Below are positions 1 to 11,134 of a stretch of 64,000 bases of DNA, piece after piece (within the stretch, counting starts at the first letter, position 1; every line of letters starts with the position of its first letter). A model generated the notes under the pieces. It made no database searches and was not told where the DNA came from. It was given only the letters and a program-made list of their open reading frames with translations. The stretch spans positions 206,522,001 to 206,586,000 of the forward strand of contig OX597815.1 of assembly GCA_951406725.2 (NCBI GenBank), in the 5' to 3' direction. The stretch comes from Octopus vulgaris. Taxonomy: Eukaryota. A program made the translations under genes and the position numbers.

Positions 1-106
1 TATATATATATACAAACGCGCGCGCGTGTGATTGTGTGTGTGTGTATATATATGTATGAATCGGATATTTATTATATGTGTGTGTGTGTGTATATGTATG
101 AACTGA

Positions 107-138
<32 letters not shown>

Positions 139-170
139 ATATGAACTATAAATATATATATGTATATATT

Positions 171-316
171 TGTATGTATGTATGTATGTATGTATGTATG
201 TATGTATGTATGTATGTATGTATGTATGTATCTATCCATCTATGTATTATGTGTGAATATGCATGTATATGTTATGTATGTATGTATGTATGTATGTATG
301 TATGTATGTATATATA
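171..316. repeat. (TATG)n microsatellite, representative of many (TATG)n, (TCTA)n, (TA)n and (CA)n tracts across the window
   Basis: Tandem tatg units are directly visible. Similar tracts lie at 489-575, 1238-1497, 4466-4738, 5083-5217, 9670-9960, 15575-16095 and 17365-17810. Confidence 0.95.
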
Positions 317-487
317 TGACCAGTCATCTTGCAATGCTTGTCCCTGAAACTCAGTATGGCGGCTGAGAGAGTGCCAGAAGTGTTGTACAAGGCTTCCATC
401 AGTTAAATCCAATGACGTACAGATGTCTCACCATCATTAATGCGAAACAGCTATCATCTAACAAGATGAGGCAATCATAGATGTATA

Positions 488-586
<99 letters not shown>

Positions 587-1314
587 GTGTGTGCGTGTGT
601 GTGCACATGTATACATACAAACACAGACTCACAAACGTATTTGTATATATGGTAACCACACATGTAAATGTGTATGTATGTACTTCTAAAAGCGTGCGTG
701 CGTGTGTGTTTGTGTGTGTATGAGTGCGCGTGTGTGCCAGATATAATATAACGGATAACATAAACGAGCAATCTAGAAAGCAATGTGAGAGAATTGAACA
801 CACATTGTTCATTTTTTTAGAGCGTAAATGAGGCAAAGTCTAAAGTTTCTCTGAGACCCTTGTCTGTATCGTTCAAAAGTTTGCTGATTGTAACGGAATT
901 TTCATCGACATACGGATGCACGTATGTATGTATGCATGTATGTATGCATGTATGTATGTATGTATGTTCGTATGTATGTATGTATGTATCTATGTATGTA
1001 TGTATGTATGTATATATGTAGGTATGTATGTCTCTTATTTTTTAGTTATCATAAATCAACCTCTGAGGAGGGGAGCCGGTTTCCAACAAAGGTACAAGGC
1101 TCTATCTTTGGGATGTAGTTAACACAGAGAAATTCACATTTGGAACTTGAGAAAAGTCTTGCATATTTTTACTGTTCCACTCAGATTGCTCTTGCAATGT
1201 ACGAATTAGCCGGTCCATTCCTTTCTGAAAATCCCGTGTATGTATGTATGTATGTATGTATGTATGTATGTATGTATGTATGTATGTATGTATGTATGTA
1301 TGTATGTATGTATG

Positions 1315-1374
<60 letters not shown>

Positions 1375-1387
1375 CTATCTATCTATC

Positions 1388-1498
<111 letters not shown>

Positions 1499-1733
1499 GA
1501 TATGTATGTAATCTATATCTATGCATAATACCTATATATATACAGACATTTATACACACACATATATGTAAGTATATATATATATGTGTGTGTGTGCGCG
1601 TTTGTGTGTGTGTATATATATATGTATGTATGTATATAATCTACGTATATATAGACTTTCTTTGTAAAATCCCATTCTTTCGGCAGCCGCATTACCGTGT
1701 CATAGAGTATGATTTCTTTTACATATGTACAAA

Positions 1734-2127
1734 TCTTTATATATAAAAGTGAGGTTGTGTGCTGTCTGTCTCCTACGATTTAGATTCCTAACTACTCCCA
1801 CATTTTGCGGTGCAGTTTAACCAAAACCAGGTATCTTATAGTCGTGATTCATATCGAGCCCTTTTGGGTATTAGCGCGCGTCTACGATGAGTCTACGGTT
1901 TAAAAAAAATTACCATCAATTTTTCCCATTTTTAATGCATTTTTGGCATATATAAGGGAAGTAACTCTCTAAAAATTTATTATTAAATCTCAGAACGTAA
2001 AAAGCTACAGTAACATCCCACCTTTGTGGTTAACCATATTGAGATGGCTATTATACCTTACATCTCTAAAAATGCTTATATAGTTATTTCCCTTACAAAC
2101 CCGAGCAACGCCGGGCGATACTGCTAG
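1734..2127 (+). mobile_element. Non-autonomous Helitron
   Basis: 5' TC preceded by A, 3' CTAG followed by T, subterminal hairpin cccgagcaacgccggg, no TSD. A second copy lies at 45816-46329. Confidence 0.8.
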
Positions 2128-2468
2128 TTCAGAATAAAAGTCGATTATATCGATTATAGCACTTTATTTTATTGAACACAATGGGATGAAAGGCAAAGTT
2201 GAGCTTAGCGAAATTTCGACTCAGAATGTAAAGAAACAGAATGGATAATGTAAGGCATTTTCTCCGCTGCTATAATGATTAGTTTAAGTAAACGCTTAAA
2301 ATACAACTTGATTTGAAGTCAGTTCATGTAACTTATGGAAGTAGTCACGTCCCAGACTTCGAGTTGAACAGCCAGGGTTGTGAGAGACTTAAAACAAAAA
2401 GTCGGATCTATTGATATTGCACCATTTCAGGCTCTTGATGTATCATCTTGAGTATCATCAGAAGCATA

Positions 2469-2779
2469 GTTGTGAGTGTTTATTAAGCGAAAACACATAG
2501 AAAGCTCCACGAGGCTCCGGCAGGGGATAGTGGTGATCCCTGCTGTACTCTTTCACTACAACTTTCTCTCACTCTTACTTCCTGTTTTTTCTTGTACCTG
2601 TATTTCAAGGGGCCGGCCTTGTTACTCTCTGTGTCACGCTGAATATCCCCGAGAACTACGTTAAGGGTGCACGTGTCTGTGGAGTGCTCAGACACTTACA
2701 CGTTAATTTCACGAGCAGGCTGTTCCGTTGATTCGGATCAACCGGAACCCTCATCGTCGTAACCGACGGAGTGCTTCCA
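2469..2779 (+). mobile_element. SINE family A (tail type 1), 5'-truncated
   Basis: Near-identical to 9018-9324 (gtttatt.agcgaaaacac...gacggagtgcttcca). Confidence 0.85.
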
Positions 2780-3238
2780 CTTCCAGTTGTAGTAACATGA
2801 TCCTTGTTAATGACGAGTAGCGATCTCTCGAAAACTAAGCACGTTTCATTGCAACGGTGAGCAGTACATTTCTGAAATCTAATCACCAGACTATGTGGCG
2901 TCAGTAAGATGCCAGTGTTTGAATCTAGAATGCTTCCTAAAGGTCTTCTGCTTGTTTATCTGCCGGAAAATGGTTTTGGTAAAGGGATGGTCGTATTCCG
3001 AACATAGAGAAAGACATTTAATGTCTTGCTATTAGTTTTCTCAACACTAAGGTCCACAATCATTCGCTCCCAGTTATTTTTACCCTCTCTTGCAACGTTC
3101 TCTACGAAGATGACTTTGTCTTACTTTGGAAATTTCAGACATTGATTACTAAAACTAGTCTTTGTCCTGACCTTGTCCCGACTAGTAACGTGACATAACG
3201 TGTTTCTACAAAGGAAATAGGAAATTGCATTAACTACG

Positions 3239-3406
3239 CTTCACTTTTAAACAACGATGGCTCTATAAGGAATACTCCGCGAAGAAAGTGTCCACTTTCA
3301 CTGTTCACTGTGATTCCGACTCAAAACTGGACACCGCTGGCTAATTTCTTCGAAATTTATTTTTTTCCACAATCCAGGTTCCTAAACCTGCATACACAAA
3401 TAGCAA
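3239..3406 (+). repeat. Dispersed repeat of about 165 bp; second copy at 6295-6463, upstream of a LINE relic
   Basis: cttcacttttaaacaacgatgg...cctaaacctgcatacacaaatagcaa occurs twice with scattered mismatches. Confidence 0.8.
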
Positions 3407-3775
3407 TACTGGTTGGTGTTATAACCATTTTTGGCAGTAGACTGTTCCTCACAGCAAAGTCCATGCCATGTTAATGAGGTTCGTTTCCGCAGTTGTTCGG
3501 ACTTCTAGAAGAAAGTACAACTTTCACCAACCTCATGAACAGAGTATATATTGAGAACATCAACATATACTCGGTAAGACCAGCCCGTGCTTAGCATGAG
3601 AGATGTTTGTGAAGTGGTCAGCTTGTTGAGTTACCGGCATAAAGCTGTGTCTTCATCGTACTCTATATAAAAAGGCGGATTGGTAGATTATTATTATTAT
3701 TATTATTATTATTATTTTAGTTTATGACTGCTTCCCACGAATTGATGTGAATTGACAATTTTTTAGTTACTTTCT

Positions 3776-4038
3776 TGTTGTGATGAGAGTTACGATGTCC
3801 CCTTGCGAGAGATAGACTGATCCGTGTAAAGTATAAATAGTAACGATCCGAGTAAGTTCAGAGTTCTGAGTCGAGTGAAGTTCGTGTTAGTTCGCAGTGA
3901 AGTCGGAAGGTGTCAGTTTGTTAGTTCACAAGGAATATTGATTGTTTGTTCATATAAAGATATTTGTTTGTTCGTTACATTGTTTTTACTGTTGTCTGGT
4001 TATCTTCTTTATTGTACATAACAAATTACGTTACAACA
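3776..4038 (+). mobile_element. Probable solo LTR
   Basis: Ends TGTTGTGATG...CGTTACAACA (TG..CA imperfect inverted ends), flanks tttct/cttct (5-bp TSD with one mismatch), internal TATA-like gtataaatag. Confidence 0.5.
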
Positions 4039-4737
4039 CTTCTCTAGGTTTTTCTCCACCCGGATGTACGCTGCAGCCCTAAATAGGGCTATTCAGTCAC
4101 ATACAAAGCATTTCCCACTTAATCGAAGCAACCAACGACGGTTGGTCTAGACCGCCGATCTATATCGCTAATGCGAATAGTTCTAACTCGAAGGATCTAG
4201 CATATTTAGAAATGTTCCAGTTCGCTAGATTCTTCATCACTGCTAAATTTTTTAGGAACTCAAGACCAAGGCACATACGCGATGAAGCTTTATAGTAGTA
4301 TTGAAGGTACATATTTACCATTAAACTGTCTTCGTCGTGAAAGAGATAAATTTACAAGAAATTCAGTTGCTTTCAGATATATAAGTGTGTATCAAGAGCC
4401 GGTTTCTAACCTAGATTCAAGGCTCCAACATTGGAATTTCAACATCAACAACAGGATATTATTGCATGTATGTATGTATGTATGTATGCATGTATGTATG
4501 TATGTATGTATGTATGTATGTATGTATGTATGTATGTATGTATGTATGTATGTATGTATGTGTGTGTGTATGTATGTATGTATGTATGTATGTATGTATG
4601 TGTGTGTGTATGTATGTATGTATGTATGTATGTATGTATGTATGTATGTATGTATGTATGCATGTATGTACGTATGTATGTTTGAATGTATGTATGTATG
4701 TATGTATGTATGTATGTATGTATGTATGTATGTATGT

Positions 4738-5082
4738 GTCAAGTCCTCGTTAAAGGCCTTTGATATGCAGGACACTGACTGGGAGAACAATGCCTGTCAT
4801 CGCCACAGATGGAGGAAGCAGGTTAAGGAGGGGATCGACACTTTTGAGAGAGCACGTATCCAGCATGAAGAACTTAAGTGAGCTGCGCGAAAGCGCACGG
4901 CTCGTATAGTGAATGGGGAAAGCTTGGTCTGCAATGTTTGCAGTCGTGTATGCTTGTCAAGAGCAGGGTTCATTAGCCACCAACGGAGCAGCAAATGCAA
5001 AATATAAGTTAGTTCTAGAGCGCACAATGTTCCTGAAGGTCAGCAATGGTCTTCCTTGGTCACGAGTGGACGGCCATCATAT
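4738..5082 (+). mobile_element. RTE-clade LINE 3' end relic
   Basis: Translates KSSLKAFDMQDTDWENNACHRHRWRKQVKEG...CNVCSRVCLSRAGFISHQR, resembling the C-terminal C2H2-type finger of RTE ORF2, with an in-frame stop. Flanked by (TATG)n. Confidence 0.75.
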
Positions 5083-6599
5083 CATGTATGTATGTAATGT
5101 ATGTATGTATGTATGTATGTATGTATGTATGTATGTATGTATGTATGTATGTATGTATGTATGTATGTATGTATGTATGTATGTATGTATGTATGTATGT
5201 ATGTATGCATGTATGTATATCTGCAGTCGGAAGCCGACATCCATTGTTTGTTTCTCTCTCACAAAGTGTGATCTCTTGGCTTTTAGCTTTGAATCCTATA
5301 CAAAGCAGCAAGGCATATGTTTGTGGGTGGCCTTTCACACGGTATATCTGAGGTGGTTTACTGCAGCTTCGAGATACTTTGTCGAGTTAGCCTGGAGCCG
5401 AAAAGCACCCAGTTACCTTATAAAGAGGCGGAGACGTGTGATAAGCGTTTCTTGCCATTACACAGTGGTTGTTTACTGACTCCAAAGACTCACACATTTG
5501 GCTACTTCGCGATTGTTTACTTAGTCTGTACAATGGCAGCAATCCGTGCTCGCTATCTGACGAGACGTGCAGGACGTGAAAACTGTATGTATGTATGTAT
5601 GTATGTATGTATGTATGTATGTATGTATGTATGTATGTATGTATGTATACATGTCATTGTTCAGTTATATTTCAAGAGCCAGTTTCTAACCTAGATTCGA
5701 GGCTCCTTCATTGGAATTTCAACATCAACAACAGGGTATTTTAGCATGCATGCATGTATGTGTGTATGTATGTATGTATGTATGTATGTATGTATGTATG
5801 TATGTATGTATGTATGTATGTATGTATGCATGTATGTATCTCTGCAGACTTGCATGCTTCGCTTTATATATTCTCATGCATATAGTTGCATATCTAGACA
5901 TGCTCATATATATTTAAATGATAAACTTCTGTGTATGTATATTGTATACGTGCATATAAAAATACACATACACACACGTGCGCGCACACACGCATGTATA
6001 TATAAATATGTACGCTACTCTCTATCAATCTATCTATCTATTCATCCTATATATATATAAATCTTACTTCGAGAAAAGGAAACGACGCGAGGGCTCTCAG
6101 TCATACAATAAGTTAATAAATAAAATATATGCATACATACATACATATATGTACGTACCTACATCTACATGTATACATACATGCATATATAAATATATAT
6201 ACGTGAGTACAGGACACCACAAGTAGACGTAGAACTCAACGAGAAACGAAAAACGTAATATATATATATATATATATATATATAGGTCTTCTTTTCTTCA
6301 CTTTTAAACAACGATGGTTCTATAACGAATATCCCGTGAAAGAAGTGTCCACTTTCGCTGTTCACTTTGATTCCGACTCAAAACTGGAGACCGTTGGCTA
6401 ATTTCCCCGAAATTTATTTTTTCCACACCACCAGGTTCCTAAACCTGCATACACAAATAGCAAGTGCAAAAAACCCCCATATTTCTGTGCGCCAAATGGC
6501 CACCCTAACAATATCACTTGTTTTACACTTAAACACTGTGCATGAAAGCTTAACCCCACACTCATCATAGTCTTCAATCTCTCACTTTCTCTCGGGGTA

Positions 6600-8250
6600 T
6601 ATAAGCTAATGTTTGGAAGTATATACTACAATATGCCCCATTCCAAAGAAAGGTAGCCACTTTTACCCAGTCACCAATCCTTCTTTTACATTTACATCTA
6701 ACGTCTGTAAAGTAATGGAGGCAGCTATTAAAAATGACGTTCTCCAATTCCCTGAAACTCTCTCTCCTTAGTGAACGTCAATACAGCTTCCATAGAACCA
6801 GTTCCATTGTAGCCCTACTTTCTTATCTCACTCATCAGTGGGATCTCGCTGTAGAGAAGTTCAGTGAAAGCAACTAGACATCAACAAAACCTTCGAACGC
6901 ATTCGGTATGAGAAGCTCCTATCAAAATCTTTCGCGCCTTTAGCTTCCATTCATCCCCTATCTCTTAGATCGTTAGCTTCTTACAAGTATGCATCATCAT
7001 GGCATTTGTTAACGGAGCCTTTTTTCTCACGACTCTCGATCAACAGGTGAGCTCCATGGTCGGGTTTGTTCCATATTTTCATCCATTGGCGTATCAATGG
7101 TCTACTTTCCGGCACATACAATAAAACACACTCGTCATTCTTCCCTAACCTTCTCCAACCATGCACCACCCACACGCTCCTTAGACACCACATGACAAGC
7201 CTACATTAATTCCATGAAGTGAAACCACGAGATCATCCTTCAGTGAGCAATACAAAATCTTGGTTCTTTAAAACAAGAAAATCCCTCCAAAATTCAAGAA
7301 CCATTCATGTCGAAAAAATGTCACCGCACCACATCTTCCTATAATGAGCGGCACTCAGAATCACACGGTCGCTCTAATTGCTGAGCCTCATTATATATTA
7401 TTATATCTCCTGGCGAAAGAAAATCTCTCTTTTACTCTTTTACTTGTTTCAGTCATTTGACTGTGGCCATGCTGGCGCACCGCCTTTAGTCGAGCAAATC
7501 GACCCCAGGACTCATTCTTTGTAAGCCTAGTACTTATTCTATCGGTCTGTTTTGCCGAACCGCATAGTTACGGGGACGTAAACACACCAGCATCGGTTGT
7601 CAAGCGATGTTGGGGGGACAAACACAGACACACAAACACACATACACACACACATATACATATATACGACGTACTTCTTTCAGTTTACGTGTACCAAATC
7701 CACTCACAAGGCATTGGTCGGCTCGAGGCTATAGTAGAAGACATGTGGCCTAGGTGCCACGCAGTGGGACTGAACCCGTAACTATGTGGGTGGTAAGCAA
7801 GCTACTTACCACACAGCCACTCCTACGCCTTAACATAACTAAACCTCCAACAGCTGTTGACTCTCTACAAGGCTTTAGTCAAGCCTATAATGAAACACTG
7901 CTCCCGTACTCTGGACCGGATCCAAAGAAGAGCCACCGGCTGGACTGCCATTAAATCACCAACGTATACGCTCAAGGCTCTGGTCCAGAGGCATGCTGTT
8001 TCCTTTTTCTATCATTTCTGTCACTACATTAATGGCTTCCGTTTCTCAGAGTTGTTTGGTCATGTTCTTTCTTCATCCAAGCGCTAACTGCTCCTTTATC
8101 TTTCCATAAGTTGTTACCCCCCATTCCGTATAACACTCCCAAACCCCGCACACTAACTGCTGTACCTAGTCTTTCCTCCCCAGAACATTAGCCAATTGGA
8201 ATATTCTTTCCTACTGGTGTTGATCTGCATGAATTTTAACATTAACAGCA
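6600..8250 (+). mobile_element. Decayed CR1/L2-like LINE reverse transcriptase region, interrupted by a SINE
   Basis: Frameshifted motifs PIPKKG, CKVMEAAI, ERQYSF, LLSYLTHQW, LDINKTFERI..EKLLSK, LLTLYKALVKPIMKHCS, LDRIQRRA. Confidence 0.7.
7425..7830 (-). mobile_element. SINE family B (tRNA-derived head, internal microsatellite, AAAGAGT-type tail)
   Basis: Reverse complement matches 28076-28499; A-box tggctgtgtggt and B-box-like ggttcagtccc. Confidence 0.85.
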
Positions 8251-8370
8251 TCAAGCTCACCGGTTTTAGAGGACCTACAAAAGTCATGAGAGCGTCCCCG
8301 TCCTCCAGACTCAGTAACACGTAAAACGGGTATGTGTGTATGTATGTATGTGTGTGTATGTATGTATGTA

Positions 8371-8428
<58 letters not shown>

Positions 8429-8963
8429 TGCCTTTTTTGTTTCGGTAAACAGACTGCGGCCATGCTGGGGCACTGCCTTGAAGGGTTTAGTCGACCTTAG
8501 TACTTATTTTTTCTGAGCCTGATACTTATTCTATCAGTATCTTTTGCCGAACTGCTAATTTACGGAGATTTTTCATCTTGCTTGTAAACTGAAATTTATA
8601 CTTCAAATATACAAACTTTTACGTATATAACTTGTTGAAAGAAATATTTAAATCCAAAACTAACGAACACTATTGGCATTATGATTCTAAGAAACTGAAT
8701 TTTTGGTTTCTCACTTTCCCATTGAAGTAGAATATATTTGTTTCTTGTGCTTCAATGCACAACAGTTTCTTTCCATCTGTCAGAACAGTTCTGTTGTCGC
8801 GAGAGGCAGCAAGTTTGCCATCTGTTTGTATTGAACCTCAGATGTCTATGGTTATTTGATTTTAAGGAATCGCAGAAAAAAACGCATCAACTGTTGCTTA
8901 TGTGGCTCCCACAGACTATTTCTTTGAGTGATTGCTGTCGGATATGTATTATATACTTTTGTG

Positions 8964-9324
8964 TGGAGGCGCAATGGCCCAGTGATTAGGATCGCGGTTT
9001 CGATTCCCAGACCGGGCGTTGTGAGTGTTTATTGAGCGAAAACACCTAAAGCTCCACGAGGCTCCGGCAGGGGATAGTGGTGATCCCTGCTGTACTCTTT
9101 CACCACAACTTTCTCTCACTCTTACTTCCTGTTTCTGTTGTACCTGTATTTCAAAGGGCCGGCCTTGTCACTCTCTGTGTCACGCTGAATATCCCCGAGA
9201 ACTACGTTAAGGGTACACGTGTCTGTGGAGTGCTCAGCCACTTACACGTTAATTTCACGAACAGGCTGTTCCGTTGATTCGAATCAACCGGAACCCTCGT
9301 CGTCGTAACCGACGGAGTGCTTCC
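8964..9324 (+). mobile_element. SINE family A (tRNA-derived, tail type 1) with 13-bp TSD
   Basis: Head ggaggcgcaatggcccagtg...ggtttcgattccc; TSD atatacttttgtg at 8951-8963 and 9325-9337. Confidence 0.9.
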
Positions 9325-10445
9325 ATATACTTTTGTGAAATGAGCTGAACTAACGTTAAACGTAACTCAATATTTCATTTCGAAGAATACCTACCGCCGA
9401 TAAAGAGTCAAGCGAGGACAAGAGACAATTGTGGCTTGCGAGCGGAAATATATTTGCAAGCAGGACGGAAACATCCGTTACTCTAGTATATTTAAGGAAA
9501 CTAAGTGAAGAGTGATAGTATTTTCTTAGTTCTAGATTGGTTGAACTAATTTAGATACACATCAGTTATTTATTCGAACCATGTAATCTTATCGAAGGAA
9601 AGTTATTCCGTTAACGTTTAGAGTAGGCTAAATACGAATTGGAGGAAATCATACATATATACATACTCACATACATACATTCATACATACATACATACAT
9701 ACATACATACATACATACATACATACATACATACATACATACGTACGTACATACGTACATACATACATACATACGTACGTACGTACATACATACATACAT
9801 ACATACACACATACATACATACATACATACATACATGCACACATACATACATACACACATACATACATTCATTCATACATACATACATACATACATACAT
9901 ACATACACACATACATACAAACATACATACATACATACATACACACATACATACATGCATGCATGTATGCATGTATATATACATACATAATGCTAATGGG
10001 CCGAAACTGTTGAATGACAGCTAATGATAGCTAATTGGGGTGTGTGCATCTATCTATCTATCTATCTATCTATCTAACTATCTATCTATCTATCTATCTA
10101 TCTATCTGTCTGTCTGTCTCTCTGTCTGTCTGTCTATTTGTCTGCCTGTGTGTCTGTCTGTTTCTCTGTCTGTCCGACAGTCTGTCTGCCTGTCTCTCTC
10201 ACTCTTTCTCTCTCTCAGTCTCTCTATACATATACATACATGCACACATTCATACACACACACATACACGCACTCTCACACACGCGTGCACACACACACA
10301 CACACATATATACACATACACATACATGTATGTAAATCCAACAATATCAACATCAAGCAGGGAATATGCATTCGCGAATTTAGGTTAGTTAAAATATATT
10401 TGTGACATAACTAACCTAAAGTTCATATATATATATATATATATA

Positions 10446-10815
10446 CGAGTAAAACGCGCCCGTCCAATGGGCGGTGCTGAGTTGTCAAACATTTAAACCA
10501 AATTTTCTCAAAACAACTTGTCCGACTGTCCCATATCCCCCCCTTTGAGAAACACTGATTTAACCTAAATTTGAGACACCAGCAGAAGAAGAAATAAAGA
10601 TAGGCTTTTTACTATTATAGAAAGAAGAACGATTTTATTTACTTTATCGATCGCATTCTCACCTGGAATCGAATTTTGTAATTTTTTCAAGACTTATACA
10701 TGCCCTGATACCATCGGTATCTACATATCAAATTTGAGCGCAATCGGCTGGAGGATGCCCGAGATCCTAGTAGACACACACACACAGACACAGACAGAAC
10801 TGATTTTATATAATA
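10446..10815 (-). mobile_element. Helitron-like non-autonomous element
   Basis: The minus strand starts in a TATATAAAA context and ends with hairpin cgcccattggacgggcg followed by CTCG-T (a CTRR-like variant). Sits in (TA)n. Confidence 0.55.
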
Positions 10816-10832
10816 TATATATATATATATTT

Positions 10833-11000
10833 ATAAGGCAAGGAATAAAGTGGAGAAGATAATTAATTGACAAACATCAGTTAGATCCATTTATTAATTA
10901 CAATCATATTAATAAATAAATAATAAATAAACAAAGAATAAATGTTTGTAAGCTGATGTTTGTTAATTAATTATCTTCTCCAATTTCTTCCTTGCCTTAT
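10833..11000. repeat. Fold-back (inverted repeat) insert adjacent to (TA)n
   Basis: ataaggcaagga...gagaagataattaa..aaacatcag pairs with ctgatgtttg.taattaattatcttctcc...ccttgccttat. Confidence 0.85.
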
Positions 11001-11134
11001 GAATTCTGGCTAAACTTTTGCTTACCTCCACACATGCCTATTATTCAATTCCACTATTGCCTTGCAAAAGTAAGCATTTGGATAAATATAGGTATACATC
11101 CAGTAGTATATTGGATATTCATTATCCCTTAGAT

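Noticed and set aside
2410-2470. CUGAUGA...GAAA on the minus strand
   Set aside because: No convincing stem I or NUH site.
6810-6845. CUGAUGA...GAAAGUA on the minus strand
   Set aside because: No stem II; lies antisense within LINE RT coding relic, likely chance.
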